Part shown: piece by piece, positions 27,832 through 41,129 of the stretch
How positions within the stretch are numbered: position 1 is the first letter of the stretch
Layout: each line of letters opens with the position of its first letter
Assembly (NCBI GenBank): GCA_964016885.1
Contig: OZ024751.1
Location: 21,390,001 to 21,454,000 of the forward strand
DNA length: 64,000 nucleotides
DNA from: Eledone cirrhosa
Taxonomy: Eukaryota
Direction: 5' to 3'
Position numbers and translations under genes: made by a program
The notes under the pieces: model-generated
The model's database searches: none
Told to the model about the DNA's origin: nothing
Seen by the model: the letters and a program-made list of their open reading frames with translations, nothing else

Positions 27832-28130
27832 TCAAGAGGTGGAAAATCCAGGAGTTCTGCATCACAGGACCACGTCCCTGCTTCCATATATCGGGACGAT
27901 ATTGGTTACCCGCGGGTGTGAAACTCGTCAGTTGGAATAGCTATTTCAAAGCGTCTCTTTCGTTATTTTCCGGTGTCTCACTTTCTCCACTCCCCCCTCC
28001 TTCCGCTGGGACTACGAGGCTGCTTGTACTCGGCGTTTCCTGGGGGGGGGGGGGGGGGGGGCATTTTAAGCCTGACGGTGCCCAGCTCTCTCCAGTGTTG
28101 ACAGCAGATTTCTCCTAGAGAAGGATAGAA

Positions 28131-28177
<47 letters not shown>

Positions 28178-28286
28178 GGCAGAAGCTATAGAGGAAGAAT
28201 CGACCCCAGAATTAGGCTGGTACTTTTTTTTTTATCGACTTCGAAATGATGAAAAGTTGACCGAAGGGGATCTTTACACTTTACCC

Positions 28287-28354
<68 letters not shown>

Positions 28355-28374
28355 TGCGTGTGTCTGCGTGTGTG

Positions 28375-28409
<35 letters not shown>

Positions 28410-28938
28410 CTGTGTGTGTGTGTGCGTGTGCGTGTGCGCGTGCGCGTGTGCGTGTGTGTGTGTGCGTGTCTGTCTCTGTGTGTGCGCGTGTGTGCGTGTC
28501 TGTCTCTGTGTGTGTGTGTGTGTGCGTGCGTGTGTGTGTGTGTGTGCGTGTGTGCGTGTCTGTCTATGTGTGTGTCTGTGTGTGTGCGTGTGCGTGTGTG
28601 TGTGTGTGTGTCTGCGTGTGTGTGTGTGCGTGTGCGTGTGTGCGTGTGTGCGTGTGTGCGTGTGTGTGTGTGTGCGTGTCTGTCTCTGTGCGTGTCTGTC
28701 TGTGTGCGTGTCTGTCTGTGTGTGTGTGTGTGTGCGTGCGTGTGTGTGTCTTTAAGTCGATCTGTCTGTTCATAAACCACTTTACCTAACAGGTGGTAAA
28801 CAATGAAATGTATATTAAACAGTTTTATGTTTCCGGTGTCACAGGTACGCACATGCAACCACTTTCACTCACATCCGGAAACACTCACCTACAATGCGGC
28901 ACACATGCACATATAAACACGCATGCACTTTTACACAT

Positions 28939-28982
<44 letters not shown>

Positions 28983-29139
28983 GACATGCCAATACACACC
29001 CACATAATATACACTTTATTTCTACTTCCCTTCTTACACGCACACATGCACATACACACACATATTAACACACATGCACACACTAACACACTAATATACA
29101 TGCACACAATAGCACTTATGTATACATATATATTACATA

Positions 29140-30075
29140 GATACACATACACACACTAATGTATACATACATACACATACACACACCAATGTATACATAC
29201 ATACACATACACACTAATGTATACATACACATACACACACCAATGTATACATACATACACATATACGCACTAATGTATACATACATACACATACACACAC
29301 TAATGTATACACACACATACACACACTAATGTGTACATACATACACATACACACACTAATGTGTACATACATACACATACACACACTAATGTATACATAC
29401 ATACACATACACACACTAATGTATACATACATACACATATAGACACAAACATTAAGGTATACATGCATACACAAAGACATACTAACATTAATATTATACA
29501 TATATACACATATAGACACACTAATATTAATGTATATATACATACACATATAGACACACTAATATTAATGTATATATACATACACATATAGACACACTAA
29601 TAGTATTGTATACATACGTATATACACACACCAACAGTAATATATATATACATACGCGTATAGACACACTAGCAGTATTGTATACATACATACACACTAA
29701 CAGTATTGTATACATACATACACAAATACATATAGACACCCTAACACTAATGCATACGCACACACACAAATACACGTAGATACATTAATGTATACATACA
29801 TACAAATGTATACATACATACACATACAATAGGTATACTAACAGTAATGTATACATACATACACATACACATAGGTACACTAACAGTAATGTATACATAC
29901 ATACACATACACATAGGTACACTAACAGTAATGTATACATACATACACATACACATAGGTACACTAACAGTAATGTATACATACATACACATACACATAG
30001 GTACACTAACAGTAATGTATACATACATACACATACACATAGGTACACTAACAGTAATGTATACATACATACACA
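29140..30075. repeat. Microsatellite-derived minisatellite (30-bp then 42-bp units)
   Basis: AATGTATACATACATACACATACACACACT units, then ACAGTAATGTATACATACATACACATACACATAGGTACACTA with period 42 from 29841. Confidence 0.9.
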
Positions 30076-30286
30076 TTCCCAATTAAGTCTTAATCAAATG
30101 TTAATGAACCAAAATTAGGAAGAAAATTCCATTTATGATGTTATTTCGGTTTGATTGTCTGTATATATATGTGTATATATGTGTATATGTGTGTATATGT
30201 GTGTATATGTGTACTTGTATTTGTTTACATGAGTGTGTTTCTATGTTTGTACGTATGTGTGTGTGTGTGTGTGTATGTGTGGGGCT

Positions 30287-30319
<33 letters not shown>

Positions 30320-30494
30320 CATTTGTGTGTGTGAGTGTGTGTGCGCGTGTGTGTGTGAGTGTGTGTGTGCGTGTGTGTGTGAGTGTGTGAGTGTGTATGC
30401 ATGTGTGTGTGCGTATGTGTGTGTGGGGGGATGTGCGCGTGTGTGTGAGTGTGTGTGTGTGTGCGTGTGTGTGCGTGTGTGCGTGTGGGGGGGT

Positions 30495-30529
<35 letters not shown>

Positions 30530-30609
30530 CAATTAGATTCTAACTCTTATACCGTCAATTTCCAGCTGACCTCACATTTTTTTTTGTTAAAGTGCTGGTG
30601 GGTCTCGGA

Positions 30610-31142
30610 GTGGTGGGGGTGAATGGTAGGGGCAATGATGGTGGTGGGGGTGAATGGTAGGGGCAATGATGGTGGTGGGGGTGAATGGTAGGGGCAATGA
30701 TGGTGGTGGGGGTGAATGGTAGGGGCAATGATGGTGGTGGGGGTGAATGGTAGGGGCAATGATGGTGGTGGGGGTGAATGGTAGGGGCAATGATGGTGGT
30801 GGGGGTGAATGGTAGGGGCAATGATGGTGGTGGGGGTGAATGGTAGGGGCAATGATGGTGGTGGGGGTGAATGGTAGGGGCAATGATGGTGGTGGGGGTG
30901 AATGGTAGGGGCAATGATGGTGGTGGGGGTGTATGGTAGGGGCAATGATGGTGGCGGGGGTGAATGGTAGGGGCAATGATGGTGGTGGGGGTGAATGGTA
31001 GGGGCAATGATGGTGGTGGGGGTGAATGGTAGGGGCAATGATGGTGGTGGGGGTGAATGGTAGGGGCAATGATGGTGGTGGGGGTGAATGGTAGGGGCAA
31101 TGATGGTGGTGGGGGTGTATGGTAGGGGCAATGATGGTGGTG
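30610..31142. repeat. 31-bp G-rich minisatellite, ~17 copies
   Basis: GGTGGTGGGGGTGAATGGTAGGGGCAATGAT, period 31. Confidence 0.95.
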
Positions 31143-31581
31143 GTTGGTGGTGATGTTGTGTGTAATGGTTGTGGTTATGACTGTACTGAATGTGATAGTC
31201 ATGGCAATAGCTGTGGGTAGTATACACTCTATCTACATGGACGAATCACGGACACTGATAAATGAACGCACAATTATATATACATATATATAGTTTTCCT
31301 CATCAGTTGTCTACTGGGGTCTCGGATATTTCAATGCTTTAAAGACAATATATCTACCCCCAGAGCGTTCAATAACTAGGAAAGTTATTGGGAAAACGGA
31401 GAAGGGGGGGGGGAAGGGATATAAGATATCAGAAGGGAAAAGGGAAAAAAAGGGAGAAAAGAGAAAAACAGCGAAAAAAAAAAAAAACGAATAAAATGGG
31501 AAACAACAAATCGAAGAATGCGCGAGTAACTTGAAGAAAGAAAATCCAAGTCCACGTCGGGGATTGAACATAAGTTCTAGA

Positions 31582-31843
31582 GCGTGTGGACGAGCGAAAA
31601 GACACGTCTGATCGAGTGTAAGTGAGAAAAGAACTGCTAGAGGGTCAGGCGAGGGAATCAATGAAGTGGCTGGCAGAGAGAGGGTGAGTGAAAGTGAAAG
31701 GGAGAAAGGGAGAGAAAGAAAGAAGGAGGAAAGAGTAGATAACAACGAAATAGGTAGGTAGAAGGAGAGAGAGGAGACGGGTCGCAACGTTTTCTCACTT
31801 ACACTCGCTGGGATCGGACGTGTCTTTTCGCTCGTCCACACGC
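31582..31843. repeat. ~50-bp inverted repeat around a purine-rich spacer
   Basis: 31582-31630 GCGTGTGGACGAGCGAAAAGACACGTCTGATCGAGTGTAAGTGAGAAAA is the reverse complement of 31790-31843 with one 5-nt indel and one substitution. Confidence 0.85.
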
Positions 31844-32254
31844 CAAAAATTAAACCTGAATTTTTCTCTACTTGATATGTTCCTAAATTGTCCCCGTCAT
31901 ATACCTTCCGAGAGTGTATTCACTTTAGCTTGACCCAGGCAGTTTACCATTCTCTACAACACAATATTCTTCACCCCCCCCCCCCCCATTCTCTGGCTTG
32001 CTGTCCGAAGGTTGTTAGAATTGAAAGATTCGCCCAGTAGTCTATACATCCCCCCTACCCGCTTAGTAAACTGACAGGTGGAATATGTTAAAGATAATTC
32101 ACTCAGAGACGGCGAGGCATGATAAAAAATATGCTGCTTTATTGGTCTCTGGGTCAAAAACATAAACACACTTTTTTTCTTCTCTGTTTTTTTTTTTTGC
32201 TTGTTTCGGTAAAGTTTGCCATCATTCCGTTGGTATACATCTATTAAGCAATTT

Positions 32255-32312
32255 ACACCTGAAGATGTCACCAAGTTCTTACGTAACCTGGCCACTGAAA
32301 TATGCATAGTGT
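32255..32312 (+). ncRNA. Hammerhead-like motif
   Basis: ACAC CUGAAGA (imperfect stem II) GAAA UAUGCA UA | GUGU, followed by AATAAA and (TA)n. Confidence 0.5.
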
Positions 32313-32397
32313 TTGAAGAAATAAATAATTAAGGAAATTCAGCATATTTGGCCTCCTGTAATTTCACTTTATAATATATATATATATAGTAATTTTT

Positions 32398-32581
32398 TTT
32401 TCTACGTTTGGCACAAGGCCAGCAATTATACCAGTACATTACTGGTACTTTATTTTATCGACCCCGTAAGGATGAAAGGCAAAGTTAACCTCGGCGGGAT
32501 TTGAACTCAGAATGGCAAGGGCCGTAACTCTATACGTCAAAGCATGGCGTCCGACCCTCTACCGATACTGCCAATCCACCG

Positions 32582-32583
<2 letters not shown>
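32398..32583 (-). mobile_element. SINE family A, full length
   Basis: Nearly identical to 566-750. Confidence 0.9.
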
Positions 32584-32635
<52 letters not shown>

Positions 32636-32639
<4 letters not shown>

Positions 32640-32767
32640 CGCCGTCGAAACGGCTTGAGCTCAGCCGTCGGGGTCCTATTCGTTCCTATTACCCACTCTA
32701 CTACCCTAAGTATTGAGTACTTTGGTGCGTTATGGTCCACCTGGTTCCTTACCAGATTTCCTTCGTT
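32636..32767 (+). mobile_element. Second copy of the half-hammerhead (TA)n-flanked element
   Basis: Matches 16958-17087 with a few substitutions. Confidence 0.85.
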
Positions 32768-33109
32768 ATATATATATATATATATACATATATGCAACTT
32801 AACAAAAGAAGAGGTGAAAAATGCATGCATGATGAGTGATAAAATATTGGTCATCAGCCGTCGAAATGGGCGTACACAGTTTCGCCCCCCCCCCCCCCCC
32901 CCCACCGACAGTAGTGCAGGCTCATCTGGGATGACTGTGTCTAGCAAAATTGTCCAACACTGTCAGAGTATCAAGACGAAAAATGACAAAAACAAACAAA
33001 CAAACAAAACTAACCTACGTAGAAATAGATGGACAACATTTAAATCATACAATTCATAACGAAAGACCCCGGTGTTAATTATTTGTTATTTTATTGCCAA
33101 TAGTAATTC

Positions 33110-33366
33110 AAAGTCGTTAGAATGTCGGATAGAATGCTTTGCAGTTTTCGTTCCGGCTCTCTCCTCTCTCAGTTCAAATCCAACCGAGGTCAACTTTGTC
33201 TTTCATCCTTTCAAGGTCGATAAAAAAAGTACCAGGGATCAAGCAACGATCGACCCCATAACAATGAAAAGTAAAAGTTAACATCGGCGGAATTTGAACT
33301 CAGGACGTAAATGGTTTTAACTCTATGCCAAAAATCATGTTGTCCGACGCTCTACTGATTCTGCCA
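33110..33366. mobile_element. Two degenerate SINE family A fragments in opposite orientation
   Basis: Plus: GTTCAAATCC...TTTCATCCTTTCAAGGTCGATAAAAAAAGTACCAG; then the minus-strand head GGCGGAATTTGAACTCAG...GATTCTGCCA. Confidence 0.75.
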
Positions 33367-34731
33367 TGGTTCTAATTGTCTCCAGATTAGATGTTTATGC
33401 TAAAAATATTTGGGTCACCTTTTGTTGTACAGTCGTGACATTTTTCTTTTTGAGTAATTAAGATGTAGCTTTTTTTTCTTTTCATTAATGCACGCTTGGT
33501 TGAACTAAACACTAAAAAGTCTATTGTAAACCATTTTGATATGTTACTTGAACAATGCATTTGGTTAATATATAGGAAGTAAGCATGATATGTTTTCTGT
33601 GTTAAAGGAAAAAGGAAAGATTAACTGAGCTTTTCAACTATGCATGTAAACAACTTAAGAATGGGAGGTTGTTAAAATAAGGTTACGGTTAGTGTGTTAG
33701 CGAATGAATGGAGTTGAATGGATGAATATACAAATGTACAAATGTACCCATTGATGAGGTCACGTCTCATTAATAGAAAGAGTGTAAACAAACAGTAGTA
33801 GGCTGGGTTCAGGAGTGGCCATTGTGCTGTGATTTCTTGCCATGAGGAGATTCTATTATATTGTGATTGGTTGGTAATTATGAGAATATTGTTAGCATGC
33901 TACTATATAGTAGGTGTGTTCAACCTGTAAATAATGGAGGAGGAGATCGTGGCTTCTTCTTTGTTTATTGTTATATTTTATTGTACTTTATTCCTGTACT
34001 TTCTTAGAAGCAATACTGACTAGAATCTTATTGGGTGTTAATTAACTTTATATAGTTTGTTAATTATTCTAATGTAGTTTAATGTACTTTGTTTCTGTCC
34101 TTTGTTAGAAGTGATGCTGGCTAGAATCTTATTGGTTTTTAATTAAGTTTATATAGTTTGTTAAAATTCGATTTCATCTGAACTGGAAATTTATTTGTGA
34201 TTTACCTCAGCTGTTTCTAAATAGCTTGATTAGATTATATTATCAACATTATTAGTGCTAATTAGTGCTAATTTCATAGCGTTGGTAGACTGAGGGACGC
34301 TATAATAGAAGACATTTGCTAAAGGTGACACACTGTGGCATCAACTTCCCTCACCCCGTAAAACCGTTGGTACCTAAGACTAAAATTGGTAAGGAGTTGG
34401 TTGTTTACAACAGTCCTTGGTCCCCGCACTTCTGATTTCCTCCTTAAAATCGGAAAGATGGCGATCCGCTTGACGAGGGAGCCTCGTAAGGCGGGGTGGA
34501 TGTTGCAGTGGGTGTCTCGGGTTATTTTCCGCGGTAATGTCTTCTTCTCTGGAAGAAATCTGCTGTATTCAGACCTGGATAGGAGATGGGCGCCGTTAGG
34601 TTTCAAGATGCCCTAGAAAAACCGTATGTCAATGCGGCGTCTTACGACTACCTCAGGTGTTACGGAACAATATATTCATAATAAAAGAAACGAGAAACAT
34701 CCAGTAGAAGGTTAGTTTTGTGATAAATAAT

Positions 34732-34916
34732 TGTTTCTACTTTAGGCACAAGGCCAGCAATTACCCAGTGCATTACTGGTACTTTATTTTATCGACCCCG
34801 TGAGGATGAAAGGCAAAGTCAACCTCGGCGGGATTTGAACTCAGATCGTAAAGGGACGTATCTATGCTGGAAAGCATGGCGTCCGACTCTCTACCGATAC
34901 TGCCAATCCACCGCCC
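34732..34916 (-). mobile_element. SINE family A, full length with 16-bp TSD
   Basis: TTTTGTGATAAATAAT at 34716-34731 and 34917-34932. Confidence 0.92.
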
Positions 34917-35257
34917 TTTTGTGATAAATAATGGTAGCTTTTACTTAGCCTATGTTTGCTTGTCTTATCTATATTATGGTAAATCGTAGGTTTCTACCAC
35001 CTCCCCTACCAGTTATCATCGTTTAGCCTTTATACAAAGCCCTGATTGATCAGACCATTCCGGTCATGTCTATGTAGGCATAGTGTTCCCAGGACTACAT
35101 TATTTAATGTGTCGTTCCTTTAAACAAAAATAAGCTAGGTGTTTGGAGGGAGATTTTGCTCCTATTTCTAACAGGAACTGAGACAGCGTAGAGGTGCTCT
35201 CACTGTTTCACCTCCCCAGTCGATGGTAGTAAAGGAATTTCTCCAGAATTTGAAATC

Positions 35258-35381
<124 letters not shown>

Positions 35382-35770
35382 CGTGCGTGTGATAGAGAGA
35401 GCCAGTTTATACATGTATATGGTTGTGTGTGTGTATGTGTGATGGTGAGGAAGTGGCTGCTTTTATGTATGTGTGAGTTAGAAAGACTGACAAATATAGA
35501 GACAGACCACATTTTAGAGTAGATAGGGATAAAGACAGTAAGAGAGGGGGAGAGAGAGGAGGGAAGAGGGGGAGAAAGAGAGTGAGAGAGAGGAGGGCAA
35601 AGGGGGATAGAGAGGAAACAGGGGGGTGGGGTGAAAGATTTATATATTTTAAAGTAGATAAAGATTAACACGCAAAGAGAAAGGTGTATGTACAAGTCTG
35701 TGTGTGTGTGTGTGTAAAGTAGTATGTGATATATATAAATAAGTACATATGTGTGTGTATATTTGTGTGG

Positions 35771-35825
<55 letters not shown>

Positions 35826-36269
35826 GAAGGATATATGAGTGCATGCGCATGCGTGTGTGCATGTGTTTACGCTTGTGTGTCCATCTCCTAGAGTACTTGT
35901 GTGTAACTGTGGGCCTCAATGTGTATATGACTGCGTGTTATTGTGTGCGTGTGTGTATGTGTGTGTGTGTGTATGTGTGTGTCCGTGATTTTCAATAATG
36001 TGTATTATGTGAAGGTATGTGTGTATCTGGTTATATATATATCTGTGTGTGTGTGTACGTGTGTGTCTGTGCGTATACGTGTGTGTGTGTGGGTACGTGT
36101 GTGTGTGTGCGTGTACGTGTGTGTGTGTGTGCGTGTACGTGTGTGCGTGTACGTGTGTGCGTGTACGTGTGTGTGTGCGTGTACGTGTGTGTGCGTGTAC
36201 ATGTGTGCGTGTGAGCGTGTACGTGTGTGTGTGCGTGTAAGTGTGTGTATGCGTGAACGTGTGTGTGTG

Positions 36270-36309
<40 letters not shown>

Positions 36310-36454
36310 ATTTCCTCTAAGACTATTCACAGTATTCTCATATAATTGATATATTACCAATTTCTCTGACATTCATTCCAATGAAATATTCTCACAACCA
36401 AAATTGATTTCTCCCCACCTCCCCCTCCTTCCGAATTGAATTGAAGCTACTTTT

Positions 36455-36880
36455 ATCACCACCACCACCACCACCACCATCTCTGGCAAAATATCTAGTT
36501 ACACCACCGACACCACCACTATCATCACCACCACCACCACCACCACCTACACCACCACCTACACCAACATCTCTGGCAACACCACCACCACCTACACCAA
36601 CACCACCAACACCACCACTATCATCACCAACACCACCAACAATAACACCAACACCACCACCACCACCACCACCTACACCAACATCTCTGGCAACACCACC
36701 ACTATCATCACCAACACCACCAACACCACCACTATCATCACCAACACCACCAACAATAACACCAACACCACCACCACCACCACCACCTACACCAACATCT
36801 CTGGCAACACCACCACTATCATCACCTCCACCACCAACAATAAAAACACCACCTCCAAGATCTCTAGCACCCCCCCCCCC
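36455..36880. repeat. (CCA)-derived compound repeat with higher-order duplication
   Basis: ACATCTCTGGCAACACCACC and CACCACTATCATCACC recur several times. Confidence 0.85.
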
Positions 36881-37064
36881 CAATAACTACACCGCTATCA
36901 TCACCTACACCAACAATAACAACACGTCCACCAACACCAACACCAACACCACTATCATCACCGCCATTGCCATCAACTCCAGATCACTTCTACCAACATT
37001 AACACCAACACCAACACCACAAACATTAACACCACGACAGTCAAAACCACAACCACAACCAACA

Positions 37065-38285
37065 ACAACAACACTAACAACACCAACGCTAACACCATGA
37101 CAACCACAATCAACAACAACAACACTAACAACACCAACGCTAACACCATGACAACTACAACCAACAACAACAACACTAACAACACCAACACTAACACCAT
37201 GACAACCACAACCAACAACAACAACACTAACAACACCAACGCTAACACCATGACAACCACAACCAACAACAACAACACTAACAACACCAACGCTAACACC
37301 ATGACAACCACAACCAACAACAACAACACTAACAACACCAACGCTAACACCATGACAACCACAACCAACAACAACAACACTAACAACACCAACGCTAACA
37401 CCATGACAACCACAACCAACAACAACAACACTAACAACACCAACGCTAACACCATGACAACCACAACCAACAACAACAACACTAACAACACCAACACTAA
37501 CACCATGACAACCACAACCAACAACAACAACACTAACAACACCAACGCTAACACCATGACAACCACAACCAACAACAACAACACTAACAACACCAACGCT
37601 AACACCATGACAACCACAACCAACAACAACAACACTAACAACACCAACGCTAACACCATGACAACCACAACCAACAACAACAACACTAACAACACCAACG
37701 CTAACACCATGACAACCACAACCAACAACAACAACACTAACAACACCAACGCTAACACCATGACAACCACAACCAACAACAACAACACTAACAACACCAA
37801 CGCTAACACCATGACAACCACAACCAACAACAACAACACTAACAACACCAACGCTAACACCATGACAACCACAACCAACAACAACAACACTAACAACACC
37901 AACGCTAACACCATGACAACCACAACCAACAACAACAACACTAACAACACCAACGCTAACACCATGACAACCACAACCAACAACAACAACACTAACAACA
38001 CCAACGCTAACACCATGACAACCACAACCAACAACAACAACACTAACAACACCAACGCTAACACCATGACAACCACAACCAACAACAACAACACTAACAA
38101 CACCAACGCTAACACCATGACAACCACAACCAACAACAACAACACTAACAACACCAACGCTAACACCATGACAACCACAACCAACAACAACAACACTAAC
38201 AACACCAACGCTAACACCATGACAACCACAACCAACAACAACAACACTAACAACACCAACGCTAACACCATGACAACTACAACCA
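37065..38285. repeat. 51-bp minisatellite, ~23 highly homogeneous copies
   Basis: AACACCATGACAACCACAACCAACAACAACAACACTAACAACACCAACGCT, period 51. Confidence 0.95.
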
Positions 38286-38324
38286 CAATCACCACTACCA
38301 CCATCACCATCAACATTAAAATTA

Positions 38325-39482
38325 TTACGTTCTCAATTCAAACCCCGCCAGGTCAACTTTGCCTTTCATCCTTATGGGGTTGATAAAATAAAGTACCAGT
38401 AATACACTGAGGTAATTGCTGGCCTTGTGTTAAAAGTAGAAACATTATTCTTATTCTTAGGGTTAGGGTTAGGGTAAGGGTTAGGGTAAGGTTTAGAGTT
38501 ACGGTGGATTGGCAATATCTATAGAGAGTCGGACACCATGCTTTGCAGCATAGAGTTACGGCTCTTTATGATCTGAGCTCAAATCCCGCCGAGGTTAACT
38601 TTGCCTTTCATCCTTATGGGGTCGATAAAATAAAGTACCAGTCACGCACTGGGGTCGATTTAATCGACTTTCCCCTCCCCTCAAATTACTGGCCTTGTGC
38701 CTACATAAGAAACCATTATTATCAATACATTTGTTCCGACTTTAGATGTTCTGAATTCAAATTTTGCCGTGGTCAGCTTTATCTTTGCTCATCCTGGGAT
38801 TGATAAATACCAGTCAAATACACAGGTCGAAAAAATTGACTATGTCCCCCAAAATGTTTGGCCTTGTGCCTAAATCAGAAACCATTTTTGTGGGGTTAAC
38901 AGAATCATGAGAGCGTCGGAACAAAAATACTTTGTGCAATTTAGTTCAAATACTACCGACTTCAAATTTACATTTCGAGGTCGATAAAATCATGTGCCGA
39001 TCGCGTACTGGAGTCGATTTAATCGCAAAATAAACCCCCTCCTTCCTAAAGTACCAGTCACGTACCTATGTGAGAATACATTATAATAAAGGCGGTGAAT
39101 TGGCCCTATCGATTAAGCGTCGGACAATATGATTTGCGGCATATACTTACGTCCCTTTATGTTCTCAGTTCAAATCCCACTGAGGTTAGCTTTGCTTTTC
39201 ATCCTTACGGGATCGATTAAATAAAGTACCAGTAATGCACTGGTGTCTATATAATCGACTTTCTTCTTCCCTTCCCTTCAAATTGCTGGCCTTGTGCCAA
39301 TAGTAGAAGTAATTATTTCGTTGCGGCTCTCTATGTTCTCAGTTGAAATAACAGAGGTCAAGGTCAACTTTGCCTTTCATCCTTTCAAGGTCGATAACAT
39401 TTAGTACCAGTTTAGTACTGAGGTTTCTTGGTTCGATTTAATCAAAAATTGCTGGCCTTGTGCCTCAATTAGAAACAATTAT
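38325..39482 (+). mobile_element. Cluster of ~6 same-strand SINE family A copies of differing decay
   Basis: Core GCCTTTCATCC...GTACCAG and tail GGCCTTGTGCC recur near 38360-38430, 38600-38700, 38780-38870, 38970-39060, 39190-39300 and 39370-39465. Confidence 0.85.
38457..38504 (+). repeat. Short interstitial telomeric repeat (TTAGGG)n, degenerate
   Basis: TTAGGG TTAGGG TTAGGG TAAGGG TTAGGG TAAGGT TTAGAG TTACGG. Confidence 0.8.
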
Positions 39483-39506
39483 TATTCGTGGCCAATAAAA
39501 GAAATC

Positions 39507-39657
39507 GTTGTTGTTGTTGTTGTTGTTGTTGTTCTTCTTCTTCTTCTTCTTCTTCTTCTTCTTCTTCTTCTTCTTCTTCTTCTTCTTCTTCTTCTTCTTT
39601 TTCTTCTTCTTCTTCTTCTTCTTCTTCTTCTTCTTCTTCTTCTTCTTCTTCTTCTTT
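39507..39657. repeat. (GTT)n(CTT)n microsatellite
   Basis: Direct reading. Confidence 0.95.
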
Positions 39658-39734
39658 CTGATATATTTGTTTATTACGTGGTTCGATATTTTAATTTTAG
39701 ACCCACACACACTACATATACGAACACACAAATA

Positions 39735-39797
<63 letters not shown>

Positions 39798-39802
39798 ACA
39801 CA

Positions 39803-39844
<42 letters not shown>

Positions 39845-40467
39845 ATCACTCACTCACACACACACAAACACGCACACACAATCACTCACTCACTCACACA
39901 CACACACACACAAACAAACAAACAAAAAAACATATACACACACACACACAAACAAACACACGTACACATACATATACATACACTCACGTACATATACACA
40001 AACATACAAACAATCACATACGCACGCACAAACATACATACAGACAAATGTGCCCACACATATAGACACTCATAGGTACTCACACACTCACACACACAAA
40101 CAGACACACACACACAATCACTCACTCACACACACACACGCACACACAATCACTCACACACACACACACACACACAATCACTCACACACACACACACACA
40201 CAATCACTCACTCACTCACTCACTCACACACACGCACACACAATCACTCACTCACACACACAAACACACACACACACAGAATTGCCCTCTGACATAGAAT
40301 TAAGAGTACACGAATGAAAGGTGTCATGTGACTAAAACATTTAACATTGACATCATTGCGGCGTGGCTCTCGTGTTCCTGCCCCACCTTCACCTTCACAC
40401 CCCCATAGCACCACACCTCCACCTCACCATCACACCACCACACCTTCACCACTTCAGCACTTCACTC

Positions 40468-40641
<174 letters not shown>

Positions 40642-40647
40642 ATTATG

Positions 40648-40683
<36 letters not shown>

Positions 40684-40825
40684 TAATTATTATATATATA
40701 TGTATATATATATATATATATATAATTATTATATATATATATATATATATAATTATATATATATATATATATGTATGTGTATGTGCGTGCGTGTGTGTAT
40801 ATATATATATATATATATAATTATT

Positions 40826-40904
<79 letters not shown>

Positions 40905-41129
40905 ATTATATATATATAATTATATATATATATGTGTGTGTATATATATATATATGTGTGTATATACATACATACATACATACATACATACATACATACA
41001 TACATACAAGATCGATGAGGAGGAAAATAAACAAATGAATATAAAAAGAAATAAAAAGAAATAAAAAACAAGGGATAGTTTTTGTAAGGTAAACTTTAAA
41101 AGTTCACTAATGTTATTCTCTTATTTCAG

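Noticed and set aside
27905-27935. Minus-strand CTGACGA
   Set aside because: No GAAA after the putative stem II; likely chance 7-mer.
34319-34616. Overlapping 95-aa and 76-aa ORFs in a GC-richer patch
   Set aside because: No recognisable motif; lengths within chance expectation.
36441-37100. Extensin-like Pro-rich ORF
   Set aside because: Derived from (CCA)n repeats, with a non-ATG start and no splice or signal evidence.
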